This document shows positions 10,013 to 19,839 of a DNA stretch of 64,000 nucleotides, one piece after another (within the stretch, counting starts at the first letter, position 1; the number at the start of each line of letters is the position of its first letter). This stretch comes from an uncultured delta proteobacterium. GTDB taxonomy: Bacteria; Myxococcota_A; Polyangia; Fen-1088. Both the position numbers and the translations under genes were made by a program. The DNA lies in the NCBI GenBank assembly GCA_963737265.1, contig CAVTRY010000011.1, forward strand, positions 896,001 to 960,000, read 5' to 3'. Below the pieces are notes generated by a model. The model worked only from the letters and a program-made list of their open reading frames with translations. It was not told where the DNA came from and searched no databases.

Positions 10013-11863
10013 GTGAACAACATGACCGCCACTGGCAGTACGTTCCGCACCGACGAACCGCTACTCCACGAGCTGCTGGAGGAGGTCCACAAAGGCCACG
10101 TTCAGCTCCCCGATTTCCAGCGCGGCTGGGTATGGGACGACGAACACATCCGGGCGCTCATCGCCAGCGTGTCGCTCTCCTACCCAATCGGGGCCGTCAT
10201 GTTGCTGGAGACAGGCGGGGCGGGCGTGAAGTTCAAGCCTCGCTTGTTCGAGGGCGTGTCCGCTGCGCACGTCGAGCCGTCGAAGCTCGCGCTCGATGGG
10301 CAGCAACGCCTGACATCTTTGTACCTGTCCCTACGCAGCGGGAAGGCTGTCCCAACTCGTACGGAAAAGGGCAAGGACATCGAGCGCGTGTACTACCTCG
10401 ACATGCTTGCGTGCCTCGACAACGAGGCTGATCGATTCGACGCCGTGTGCTCGTTTCCACCCGACCGCATCTTGAGGAGCGACTTCGGCCGGAAGGTGGA
10501 CTTGGACATCAGCACGCCCGAAAAGGAGCACGCCGCCGACCTGTTTCCACTCGACATCGTATTCGATCCGACGCAATCCGCGCCCTGGCGACGTGGCTAT
10601 CGGAAATTTCACGGTAACGCCGACGAGAAGATGGACCTGCTCGAACGCTTCGAGGATCAGATCCTCATGCGTTTCCAAACCTACAAGATCCCCGTCATCG
10701 TCCTGCTCCGAGACACCCCGAAGGAAGCCGTGTGTCAGGTTTTCGAGAAGGTGAATACTGGCGGCGTTTCGCTCACGGTGTTCGAGCTGGTTACCGCCAC
10801 ATTTGCTGCCGACAATTTTCCACTCCGACAAGACTGGAAGGACCGCTCCGAACGCATCAAGGACAAGCGCCCGGTACTCGATGATGTGGATGGTGCCGCG
10901 TTTTTGACGGCCGCAACCCTGTGTTCTACCTACCGTCGCAACCTCCTCGGGAACGGTGCCATCGGGTGCAAGCGCAAGGACATCCTCAACCTCACCCTCG
11001 ACGAGTTCAAAGCCTGCGAGGCGGACGTGGACAAGGGGTTCACACGCGCCGCGCGCTTCCTCAATCGGGAACACGTCTACGACACGAAGGGGCTTCCCTA
11101 CCAGACACAGCTCGTACCGCTGTCCGTGATTTGCGCCGAGCTGGGTGACGGCTTCGAGTCCGATCACGTGCGCCAGAAGATCGCACGCTGGTACTGGTCA
11201 GGCGTGTTCGGTGAGCTGTACGGCGGCGCGAATGAGGGGCGCTTCGCCTACGACGTGCCGGAGGTGCTTGCGTGGATACGGGGCGAGGGCGGGGAGCCGC
11301 GCACCATCCAGAACGCGAACTTCGCACCGACGAGATTGCTGACCCTTCAGACCCGGTTGAGCGCCGCCTACAAAGGCTTGATGGCACGTCTCATCAGCGC
11401 CGGCAGCCATGACTTCCTCAGCGGGGACTCCATCGCGATCACCTCATACTTCGACCTGGACATCGACATTCACCACATCTTCCCACGCGCCTACTGCGAG
11501 AAGATCGGCCTCGACCGCACAAGGTGGAACAGCGTGATCAACAAAGCACCGCTTTCGGCGCGGACCAACCGCATCATCGGCGGCAACAAACCGAGCACCT
11601 ACCTCGCGACGCTGGAGAGCAAACACAACCTTGAATCTGCACGCCTCGACAAGATTCTGCGTACACACCTCATCGACCCCGAGATGCTGCGCAACGATGC
11701 ATTCGACCTGTTCATACGCGACCGCGCGATCAAACTCCTGGGCATCATTGAGGAGGCGACTGGCAAGCAAGTTACAGGGCGCGACTCCGACGAGACGGTG
11801 ATGGCGTTCGGGGTGCCGCTGATGGCGACGAGCGATGCCATTGCCAGCCGGTCGATAGCGTAG
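10013..11863 (+). CDS. DUF262 (GmrSD-like) family protein with C-terminal HNH-like motif
   Basis: LPDFQRGWVW, LDGQQRLTSL, FEKVNTGG, DIHHIFP..N. Confidence 0.9.
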   Translation: MNNMTATGSTFRTDEPLLHELLEEVHKGHVQLPDFQRGWVWDDEHIRALIASVSLSYPIGAVMLLETGGAGVKFKPRLFEGVSAAHVEPSKLALDGQQRLTSLYLSLRSGKAVPTRTEKGKDIERVYYLDMLACLDNEADRFDAVCSFPPDRILRSDFGRKVDLDISTPEKEHAADLFPLDIVFDPTQSAPWRRGYRKFHGNADEKMDLLERFEDQILMRFQTYKIPVIVLLRDTPKEAVCQVFEKVNTGGVSLTVFELVTATFAADNFPLRQDWKDRSERIKDKRPVLDDVDGAAFLTAATLCSTYRRNLLGNGAIGCKRKDILNLTLDEFKACEADVDKGFTRAARFLNREHVYDTKGLPYQTQLVPLSVICAELGDGFESDHVRQKIARWYWSGVFGELYGGANEGRFAYDVPEVLAWIRGEGGEPRTIQNANFAPTRLLTLQTRLSAAYKGLMARLISAGSHDFLSGDSIAITSYFDLDIDIHHIFPRAYCEKIGLDRTRWNSVINKAPLSARTNRIIGGNKPSTYLATLESKHNLESARLDKILRTHLIDPEMLRNDAFDLFIRDRAIKLLGIIEEATGKQVTGRDSDETVMAFGVPLMATSDAIASRSIA

Positions 11864-11864
11864 G

Positions 11865-12842
11865 TCACCGTCGCGCGTTGACCTTCACCTGCTCGCCATC
11901 GGATGCTCGAAAAGTGCGAAATCGTTTCGACGGCAGTTCGAGCACGCCGAACGTGGCCGACCGGTAGCCATCGGGTACCGCAAGCGAGCCCACTAGCTTG
12001 TGGGCGAAGGTCTTCGAGCAACACGCGCCAGGATTCACAATCCGGCTCTTGCCCGCGACCAGCGCAAAGGCGTCGTGGGTGTGCCCGACGATCAACACAT
12101 CAGCACCGGCGGAGTCGAGCAGTCGTCGCCGCAGAACCGGGCTGGTGGCCTCGGCTCGGATTCCTTCCATGTCTGAACCGGGCCGTGCGTGCCACATCGC
12201 CACACGCACGCCCGCCAACTCGGCGGACCAGTGGGAGGGCAGTGTGGCGAGCCAGACCAGGGCCTCGCGCGATAGCTCGGCGCCGCCGGTGAAGAGATCG
12301 GCCGCTTCGACGATGGACGGGCCGGACTTGCGCAGATCGGGTTGCCGTCGACGACGTTCGAGCGCCCACCTTTCGTGATTGCCTCGGATGCAGACGATCT
12401 TCTCGGCCTTGATTCGCAAGACGACCTCCTCGCCGAAGGGCTCGATGTCGAGCAGGTCGCCTGCACAGATGATCGGGTCGCAGCCCATCACGCGGAGGCG
12501 TGACAGAGCCGCGTCGAGGGCGACGATGTCGCCGTGGATGTCGGACACGATGCCGACCTTCACCGGCGCGAGGCCAAGCCGCTTGAACATCTCGTCGTGT
12601 GTGACCGTGGCGACGCCCGCGTGGATCTCGTCCAGGGCCTTGTCGGCTAGGCGAACGTCTTCCGCGTCCTCGGCGGCCTGGCCGGCGTCGTACTCGGCGA
12701 GCAAAGCCAAGGCTTCGCGCAAGTCGGCCTCGGCGGCCTCGCGAGTTGGCCCTAGGCCGTAAGCGCCTGGCACTTTCGGATCGTGAGCCGACCAAGTGCC
12801 GTCTTCCTCGGTGAAGACGAGCTTGATCTTCAACAGCTTCAA
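11865..12842 (-). CDS. HicB-like antitoxin domain fused to calcineurin-like metallophosphoesterase
   Basis: N-terminal EEDGTWSAHDPKVPGAYGLGPTREAA; C-terminal SDIHG, GD, GNHE, GHTH, NPG. Confidence 0.8.
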   Translation of the reverse strand: MKLLKIKLVFTEEDGTWSAHDPKVPGAYGLGPTREAAEADLREALALLAEYDAGQAAEDAEDVRLADKALDEIHAGVATVTHDEMFKRLGLAPVKVGIVSDIHGDIVALDAALSRLRVMGCDPIICAGDLLDIEPFGEEVVLRIKAEKIVCIRGNHERWALERRRRQPDLRKSGPSIVEAADLFTGGAELSREALVWLATLPSHWSAELAGVRVAMWHARPGSDMEGIRAEATSPVLRRRLLDSAGADVLIVGHTHDAFALVAGKSRIVNPGACCSKTFAHKLVGSLAVPDGYRSATFGVLELPSKRFRTFRASDGEQVKVNARR

Positions 12843-13231
12843 CGTACCCCTTCAATCGCTCGGCTCCAGGTATCGAAGACGGCTTGCGGATCGTTTCCTC
12901 GACCCGTGTGGATGTTCCACTTTCCGCTGTGGGGATTGACTCCAAGGATCGGAACTTTTTCGGAACGCTCGAAGCGGCCAAAAATCGCTCCACTCCACGG
13001 ACCATAGTGGGTTCGGAAGACACCTCCGACGGTGACGACGTGATAGACCATCCCAAAGGCGGTGTCGGGATGCCCAGTACCAACGCCGTCGCACCAGACG
13101 TGAAAGAGGGCTCCGAGCTTCTCTCTGTCCTTGGCGGACATGTTGGACTCGACGAGGGCTCGTCCGTAGTCGCGCTCTTTTGCTAGTCGCTGCTCGCGAA
13201 CAGCACGCAGAGCCTCGTGATAGTTGGTCAT
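12839..13231 (-). CDS. Hypothetical protein
   Basis: ATG at 13231 (MTNYHEAL); 4-nt overlaps with both neighbours. Confidence 0.55.
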   Translation of the reverse strand: MTNYHEALRAVREQRLAKERDYGRALVESNMSAKDREKLGALFHVWCDGVGTGHPDTAFGMVYHVVTVGGVFRTHYGPWSGAIFGRFERSEKVPILGVNPHSGKWNIHTGRGNDPQAVFDTWSRAIEGVR

Positions 13232-13551
13232 CGGGTCGCACACACCAAGAACGAAACCGCGAGCAGGACGACGGCGGCCAGCACCCGCCAACCGACGTGT
13301 CTCCACCAAGAGGGCGCCGACCACTTTCGTAGGCTTGGCGCACCGCTATGCCTACGTTTCTGGCTATCAGAACTTCCCTCCGAGGCAGACGCGGCCAGCC
13401 GCCAGCAACCAAAGAAGATGGTCACGGCATAGGGTCCGTAGGTCTCGCAACCGAACGCCACGTGGATCGCCAGGGCCAGGACGGCAACCTTGACCACAAA
13501 CCACGGCTCCACCTCGTCACGGTCGTTGGTGTTTGCGGGTGAGTCGCTCAT
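13228..13551 (-). CDS. Hypothetical membrane protein
   Basis: ATG at 13551 overlaps the upstream TGA; several hydrophobic segments. Confidence 0.45.
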   Translation of the reverse strand: MSDSPANTNDRDEVEPWFVVKVAVLALAIHVAFGCETYGPYAVTIFFGCWRLAASASEGSSDSQKRRHSGAPSLRKWSAPSWWRHVGWRVLAAVVLLAVSFLVCATR

Positions 13552-14415
13552 TGAAGAGCCTTCGCCAAGGCCGGAACCTCGTCGAGGATGAAGTTCCAGA
13601 CCTCGACCGCGCTCATGGTCGGTGCTCCGCTCACACCCGTCATGGCTCGAAACGAGATCTAGTCGATCCCAGTCGATGCCAGGTAACTGTAACCGCGCCC
13701 TGCGCTCCGGCGACTGGTGCCTCGCGGCTTCGCCGAGGTGTAGGAGATGAAATCTGGCAGCGTCCAGGCGGTTCTCGGTGGCGGCAAAAGTGGCCAGGTC
13801 CAAGCCTTCTGCGCACCTCGCGAGGTGGCGGCAAGCCTCCTCCACGTCGTCGAGCCAAGCGCATGGCTCACAGCGCACGCTCCACCACCCACGCAACCGC
13901 GCTTCGTGCTTGCCGGGATCGCCGCATACCTCGCAGGTACAAGAGGACTCCTCGCGGGCGGCAATGCGTTCGGCATAAAGTCGCGCGTCGAGCGCGAGGT
14001 CTGATTCTGGTGGTTCGTCGACGGCATCGACGTAGAACTTCAGCACGCCCATCTTTTCTTTGACTTGGGCCGCGATCAATTTCGGATCTGCGACGAGTTT
14101 TGTCGAAAGTCGGTCGATGATCGAATACCAGCCGTCGCCGCACTCAAAGCCTCCTCGGGCAAAGGACTCGCTCGACGGCACGGGCTTGTTGTCAGCGTAG
14201 CGGTACAGGCCGGGGTAGCGCTCGATCAGTTCGCGCGTGTGCGCGGGAGTCATCGACCTACGACTCGGCGGCAAACCGTAGGACGAGAGCCCCTGAGCGG
14301 CGCATTCGCGCACCGTTGGTGGGACGGGCAGGGAATGCTTGTCCACGTACTCGCGCGTTCTCTCGAAGCCGGGCGCGGGGCCTAGGATGAAACTGCCGCC
14401 TTTCTTTTTGATCAT
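13548..14415 (-). CDS. Phage-type Cys-containing domain fused to HepT/DUF86-like domain; frameshift near 13650
   Basis: ECGDGW..QVKEKMGVLKFY..CEVCG, then LDDVEEA..LGEAARH..IDW. The alternative frame continues VEVWNFILDEVPALAKALQ*. Confidence 0.55.
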
Positions 14416-14867
14416 CGCTTCGCCTTTCGATTCGCCTTTCGCTTCTCCTTTTCGACGTAGATCAGCGTTTCGAGCAGCACGCACGCGATGTCAGATGAAA
14501 TACCGGATACCGAAAACGTCACCTGATCGCCGAACGCCTCGGCGAAGCCCTCGACACCGGGCAAGCGCTTTGAGCGTGCGAAGCTCACCCGCCACGACGA
14601 TCCGTTGTATTCGGCGCCGACAAACTTGGCGATTTTCGTTGCGGCCTCTCTCGACTTCGCACTCAGGCCAACAAACTTTTGTAGGGGGCGCTGGGGACGT
14701 GTGCCGTGCAGACTCCAGCTCTTTCGGCCGCCGGCCCGCCGCACCACCCAGACATCGCCCAGATCGATTGCGTCCATCATTCGGGCGATGGTCCGCGCGA
14801 CATTGGGCTGTTCGAGCGCCTTCCCCCGCGAAGCAGACCGTTTGCCTGTCTTGGGTTTCTTGGTCAT
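14412..14867 (-). CDS. Hypothetical basic protein
   Basis: ATG at 14867 overlaps the upstream stop (ATGA). Confidence 0.5.
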   Translation of the reverse strand: MTKKPKTGKRSASRGKALEQPNVARTIARMMDAIDLGDVWVVRRAGGRKSWSLHGTRPQRPLQKFVGLSAKSREAATKIAKFVGAEYNGSSWRVSFARSKRLPGVEGFAEAFGDQVTFSVSGISSDIACVLLETLIYVEKEKRKANRKAKR

Positions 14868-16693
14868 CGGCGCACCGTCATCAATGCTATCCGAACGCTG
14901 GTTCCCTGCTCGGCGAAAGTGCCCTCGGGTAGCTCTTCCCAGGTGGTGGCCAGCGGTCGCAGCTCCGCTTGCTGGCGCGGGCCGTTCGCGCACAAGGCGA
15001 CGAGGACACCGTCGCGCCCAAGAAAGCGCAGGGCGTGCTTGACGTGCTCGATGTCGGCGCCGTTCGCAAAGGGCGGGTTCATCAAGATACGTTCGTACTG
15101 GCCCATGAAATCCGTCACTCCGAGAAAGTCTTTGCAGCGTACTTGGAGCTTCCAGCTCGGAAAAGTGCGCTCTAGCAGCGAACAAAGGTCGCGGTTGATC
15201 TCGTAGGCCAGCACCTCGGTATCTACAGCGTCCAGCACGGCGCGCACGATATTCCCCGTGCCCGCACTCGGTTCGAGCACGCACAGACCTGGCCGCAGGT
15301 CGGCCAGCTCCACCATGCGGGCGACGAACGCTGGCGGGGTTGGAAAGAGCTGCGGCGCGGTCACGACCTGGACGCCGGTCTTGAGCGCGGTCTTGAGCGC
15401 ATCAAAAGGCGCGGCCTCGTGTGCAGCCTGCTCGCGCGCCGGCCCTCGCGCCTCGCTGGCCAGCAACCGCTCGCGGGCTTCGTCCCTCTTCCTGGCCAAC
15501 AAGGACTCGCGTGCGGCTTCGTTCTTCTCGGCATGAGCCTTCATGGTCGCGGCGTCGGGTCGAGCGTGCTGTTTGGCGTCGGTCAAATAGACAATAGACA
15601 GGCCGGTCATGTGACCCGACCGGTGGAGCATCGCCGTGCGCAGCCGATGGGTTCCGTCCGACGAAACACAGGTGCCCTTGTAGTCAGCGTGTATCTTCGC
15701 CCACTCGGCTTTCGTAATGCCGACCAACTCAGTCTCGACATCATCCTCCGCGTTTCTCCGGTAGTCGCGGGTCTTCACTTTTCCGGAGTAGTTCAGCAAA
15801 GGCAACGCTGCCTTGGTCGGCTTCTTGGGCGGCGGCTGATACCCGCTGCCGGCGAGTAGGGCGCGCTCGTAGGTCAGTCGGTTGTCCAGGTGGGAGATCC
15901 AGCGGTTGGACTCGGCGATGATCCGTTCGTGGTTCGCGGAGTAGCGTGCTTGCGCTTCGGCGGGAATCATCTTGCCGCTCTCGATCTCCGACCACAGGCC
16001 GGCCATGGAGCGGTCGAGGTTCGCGATGTGGGCGGCTCGCTCCTGGAACGTACTGGGCTCGCCGCTCGTCTTGCGGATGCTGCCGTCCTGATCGAGCTTC
16101 TTCCACAAGGCGAGGAACGCCGTACTCGCCTTGAGGTCGCGCTCGTGGCTGCGCTTGGCGGCCTCCAGCGTCTTGATCCTTCTGGCGCGCACGGCGGGCA
16201 GCTCCTTGTACCTGGCGTGCCGAATGGCTCCGGCGGCGCGGTCCTGCCAATACTGGCTCGTCTCCCACAGCTTCACCGCCCGGCGCATGCCGCTCTCGAT
16301 CTTGTCGGCGTCGCGGCGGGCGTGGCGCTCGGAATGGTGGCCAACGAGAATTGGCTGGCCGAAGGGTATGCCGTCCGCGACCGACGCGACCGCCTTGCGG
16401 GCGTGTTCGGCGTCGGCCGCGCGCTTACCCCGATATGTGGTGAACCGCTCGGCTCGCTGAGCGGCGCGCTCTTCGAGGGTTGTCGCCTCGTCGTCTATAT
16501 CGCCAGCCAGCTCCACGAGCAGGTCTTCGCGAGACGGCGTCCAGACCGCATAGAAGAGGTCTTGCTTCGGTGCCCACCCGAACCCGGCCGCCTTCACCCG
16601 CGCGTAGGTTTCGTCGTCGAGGCGCGAACTGACGCGCAGGCGAAGCTTGTCGTCGGCGGCGTCGTAGGTGGCGTCGAAGGTCGTCGCGGTCAC
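14864..16693 (-). CDS. DUF3560-domain protein with C-terminal N6-adenine methyltransferase domain
   Basis: IPFGQPILVGHHSE (DUF3560); LFPTP, VLEPSAGTG, MNPPF. GTG start inferred. Confidence 0.88.
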   Translation of the reverse strand: MTATTFDATYDAADDKLRLRVSSRLDDETYARVKAAGFGWAPKQDLFYAVWTPSREDLLVELAGDIDDEATTLEERAAQRAERFTTYRGKRAADAEHARKAVASVADGIPFGQPILVGHHSERHARRDADKIESGMRRAVKLWETSQYWQDRAAGAIRHARYKELPAVRARRIKTLEAAKRSHERDLKASTAFLALWKKLDQDGSIRKTSGEPSTFQERAAHIANLDRSMAGLWSEIESGKMIPAEAQARYSANHERIIAESNRWISHLDNRLTYERALLAGSGYQPPPKKPTKAALPLLNYSGKVKTRDYRRNAEDDVETELVGITKAEWAKIHADYKGTCVSSDGTHRLRTAMLHRSGHMTGLSIVYLTDAKQHARPDAATMKAHAEKNEAARESLLARKRDEARERLLASEARGPAREQAAHEAAPFDALKTALKTGVQVVTAPQLFPTPPAFVARMVELADLRPGLCVLEPSAGTGNIVRAVLDAVDTEVLAYEINRDLCSLLERTFPSWKLQVRCKDFLGVTDFMGQYERILMNPPFANGADIEHVKHALRFLGRDGVLVALCANGPRQQAELRPLATTWEELPEGTFAEQGTSVRIALMTVRR

Positions 16694-16888
16694 GAGGCAC
16701 CGCCAAGGGAAAAGACAATCGAACGGACAGGAACGAGCGACGTATTTACCATTTGACTCCTCGTTCTCTAGTGTCGTCAATTGCCGTCAAGCTGTCAAGT
16801 GACAGCATGGCGGCAACGACGGGCGGAGGGCAACATGCCGTCATCTAACGATTTGCTGGCCGGGCATCGTTTGGGGTATCGTCACGAG

Positions 16889-17059
16889 ATGCCCGCTAAG
16901 AAGCAGGTCAAGCGCTCCGACCACCAGAAACTTACGATCTACCTCCCACCCAAGATTATCGAGGAGACGAAGCTACTGGCCGTGGTGCGACGCCAGACCT
17001 ATAGCGCCGTGATCGAAGGCTTCGTCGTCGACGGACTTGCCTCTGCCAAGGAAAAGTAA
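16889..17059 (+). CDS. Small ribbon-helix-helix-like regulator
   Basis: 56 aa; KLTIYLP beta strand followed by two helices. Confidence 0.55.
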   Translation: MPAKKQVKRSDHQKLTIYLPPKIIEETKLLAVVRRQTYSAVIEGFVVDGLASAKEK

Positions 17060-17636
17060 GGTGGTTCCAACCGACCTCGTCGTTGGGAAGGTGGAGCGCG
17101 CGATCATCGTCCTGCGCGGACGCCGGGTCATCCTCGATTCCGAGCTTGCCGCCCTGTACGACGTGACCGTCAGCGTCTTCAACCAGGCCGTAAAGCGAAA
17201 CATGGAGCGCTTCCCGGCCGACTTCGCTTTCCAACTCACCCGCGAGGAGTACGAATCTCTAAGATCACAAATTGTGATCTTAAAGGCCGGACGAGGCGCT
17301 CATCGAAAGTACCTGCCTTACGTGTTCACCGAGCACGGCGCGGTTATGGCCGCATCCGTTTTGAACTCGCCAAAGGCAGTCGAGATGAGCGTCGAGGTGG
17401 TCCGGGCCTTCGTGCGCCTTCGGCAGATCTTGGCCTCGAACCGCCAGCTCGCCGCCAGGGTCGATGCCTTGGAACAGAAAATGAACCAGTCGAATGCGGC
17501 CCACAGCAAGAACATCGGTTCCTTGTTCGACGCCGTCCGCAGCTTGATGACAGTGCCGGAGAAGCCCAAGCGTCAGATCGGTTTCCAGACAAAGGGCAAG
17601 GGCCGTGGTTTGCCGCCCACGAGCCCGTCTTCATAG
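17037..17636 (+). CDS. ORF6N-domain DNA-binding protein
   Basis: RGRRVILDSELAALYDV, NQAVKRNMERFPADFAFQLT, LPYVFTEHG, KRQIGF. Confidence 0.92.
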   Translation: MPLPRKSKVVPTDLVVGKVERAIIVLRGRRVILDSELAALYDVTVSVFNQAVKRNMERFPADFAFQLTREEYESLRSQIVILKAGRGAHRKYLPYVFTEHGAVMAASVLNSPKAVEMSVEVVRAFVRLRQILASNRQLAARVDALEQKMNQSNAAHSKNIGSLFDAVRSLMTVPEKPKRQIGFQTKGKGRGLPPTSPSS

Positions 17637-17936
17637 ACACGAAGCCATGCCGGGGCTTTCACTATGACCGATCATCCATGAAGTCGGTTGCGCCGGTTGC
17701 TGACACGAACCGCAATCCTTCGGCCGTTGGCGTCGTTCTTGGCCGCGAAGATCTCGCGCGGCGTGATCCGGATGGGTGTAGACAACGGCAACGGTGCCCT
17801 CCATGCCGCCACGGTCTATTGATAGACAGCTTTTGGCGTCCTATACTAGTCTTCTGTTCAGGTATAAATCGGCCTCACCCACCCATCATGGGCAGCGAGA
17901 CATCGGCGGTTCAAAGGGCCACATGAGTAGGGGCGA

Positions 17937-18707
17937 ATGCACGAGTCGCGAGTAGAAACGCTCATCGAATTCATCCTGCTCGCTGCCGGGAGGCAGGACA
18001 GCTTCGAGAGCCGTGAACTTGGTCCGATCCACGTCTTGAAGTACCTCTACCTGGCGGACTTGGCATACGCCCGCGCCAAGGGGGAGCCCTTCGCAGGCAT
18101 CTCGTGGCGATTCCACCACTACGGGCCTTGGGCGCAGGAGGCGTTTGCGCTCATTGCGCCCACGGCCGCCCGCATCGGCGCGCGAGAACGCCGGGTGTCT
18201 TCACCACGGTTCGCGGACGACATCATCAGGTGGTCCTTGACCGATGACGCGCGCTTCGATGTTCTTGAGCATGATCTTCCGGTTTCCATCACCTCGGCCA
18301 TACGTCGCCAGATTCGAGACCACGGAAACGATACCTCCGGGCTGCTGCATTACGTGTATCGGACGCCCCCAATGCTTCGGGCAGCGCCGGAAGAGGTCCT
18401 TTCATTCTCAGATCTCGGCGAGACGCCGATGCCGCCGCCAGCGCCAGTAGTGTCGTTGACAGCGCGCCAAGAGAAGAAGCGCCGAGAAGCCATGCAAGCT
18501 CTGAGAGACGTGGTGCGTGCGAAACTCGCGGCCGGAACGCCGAAGGCCGTGGCTCCCCTGCCCCCTCCTCGATACGACGATGTATTCGAGGAAGGGACGA
18601 GCTGGCTTGATGACCAGGCCGTCGCAAGCCCAATCGTCGAAGGGGAAATCCAGTTTGCCCCGGAGGTTTGGAAGGGAAAGGGCCGCAGTGACCCCGGCGT
18701 ACCCTGA
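17937..18707 (+). CDS. Panacea/SocA (DUF4065)-like antitoxin with C-terminal extension
   Basis: LKYLYLAD...WRFHHYGPW motif. Confidence 0.7.
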   Translation: MHESRVETLIEFILLAAGRQDSFESRELGPIHVLKYLYLADLAYARAKGEPFAGISWRFHHYGPWAQEAFALIAPTAARIGARERRVSSPRFADDIIRWSLTDDARFDVLEHDLPVSITSAIRRQIRDHGNDTSGLLHYVYRTPPMLRAAPEEVLSFSDLGETPMPPPAPVVSLTARQEKKRREAMQALRDVVRAKLAAGTPKAVAPLPPPRYDDVFEEGTSWLDDQAVASPIVEGEIQFAPEVWKGKGRSDPGVP

Positions 18708-19392
18708 GGACTCCATCCAGGGCTTGGTGGGTCGGTGGTGGGAGGAGACGCCGGAGCCCAGGATTCGGAGAGGACGGCTGCTGCGCGCCTTCGTGCCGCA
18801 CGTTGATCAAGAGCTTCAAGAACTCGTTGTCGAGGGCCGGAGCGAGCCGACCGAGCACACGAGAGCATTGTTCAAGATGCAGCCACTACGCTTGACCCAA
18901 GCTCCGAAGGCTCCGCGACTACCAGTAGCGGCACTTCCCAGCATCCCCGGAGAACGGCGGGTGTCCATGCGAGGCAAGGTGCGCCCTGTGATCGTTCTCT
19001 CCACGGGCGGTGACGAGGTGAGGAAGGAACATCGAACTGGTGCAGCTCGGTGGCAGAGCAATCCCACGCTTCTTGTGGCTCCGTTCTACGGAGCCGACCA
19101 GGACGGCTCTCGCGGCGGATGGCGGCCCGAATTCGTCCAGCGCATTCGTCGATGCGAGTACCCGCAGTATGTCTGGGATCAACTCCCGCTGGCGAACGTG
19201 AGCGAGTCCATCCTGCGCCTCGATCACATCCAGCCCATCGGGCACCACGAGAATGCGTTCATTTGGACCCCGCACTGCTTGTCGGACGAAGCGCTCCGAG
19301 TCGTGGATGAGTGGCTCTACTGGCTGGGCACCGGCACGATGCTCGACAGCTTCCTCCTGCCTGGCATCAGGTCCGAGCTGCTGAAGCTCTGA
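18688..19392 (+). CDS. Putative PemK/MazF-fold toxin
   Basis: KVRPVIVLS, LLVAP, SILRLDHIQPI; overlaps the Panacea-like gene. GTG start inferred. Confidence 0.5.
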   Translation: MTPAYPEDSIQGLVGRWWEETPEPRIRRGRLLRAFVPHVDQELQELVVEGRSEPTEHTRALFKMQPLRLTQAPKAPRLPVAALPSIPGERRVSMRGKVRPVIVLSTGGDEVRKEHRTGAARWQSNPTLLVAPFYGADQDGSRGGWRPEFVQRIRRCEYPQYVWDQLPLANVSESILRLDHIQPIGHHENAFIWTPHCLSDEALRVVDEWLYWLGTGTMLDSFLLPGIRSELLKL

Positions 19393-19548
19393 CCGCTACG
19401 TCGGGCCGACGGGTAGTCTACCAGCGTCAATCTCATCACCACCTCCATCACCACCTGAGCGGGACCGGGGTGGACGGCCTGAGACTCCCTGTGACGGTAA
19501 GTCCCGATCCCGCTCAGATCTCCGACGGAGATTTGAGGCTTTTTCCTT

Positions 19549-19591
19549 TTCACACGGTGGAAGCCGCAGGTTCAATCCCTGCAACGCCCAC
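19549..19591 (+). repeat. 3' half of tRNA-Val(CAC); probable att site of the left island
   Basis: TTCACAC anticodon loop, GCAGG-TTCAATC-CCTGC T-arm, AACGCCC-A acceptor strand; no 5' half upstream. Confidence 0.75.
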
Positions 19592-19839
19592 AGTTCGAGG
19601 ACGCCTTGGAGACCACGACTCGGTCGCTCCCTGGCCAGCATACGCTGCTGGCGGTTTATCCCGGCCGCAGGAACCCAGTTGAGGCTGAAGCGGCGGCGAC
19701 GGTAGCCAAGCAGGTGCTCAACAAAGCGCGCGAGAAGCACGAGCCTCCAAACTATTTAGGTTTCGTGCCCCGTCTTCCCGCCCCGCCTCAGCCGCAACCG
19801 TTCCGGCAAATCCAGCATGGATTGCAGATGGTCTGCTGA

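Noticed and set aside
19549-19591. Functional tRNA-Val gene
   Set aside because: The 5' acceptor strand and D-arm are missing.
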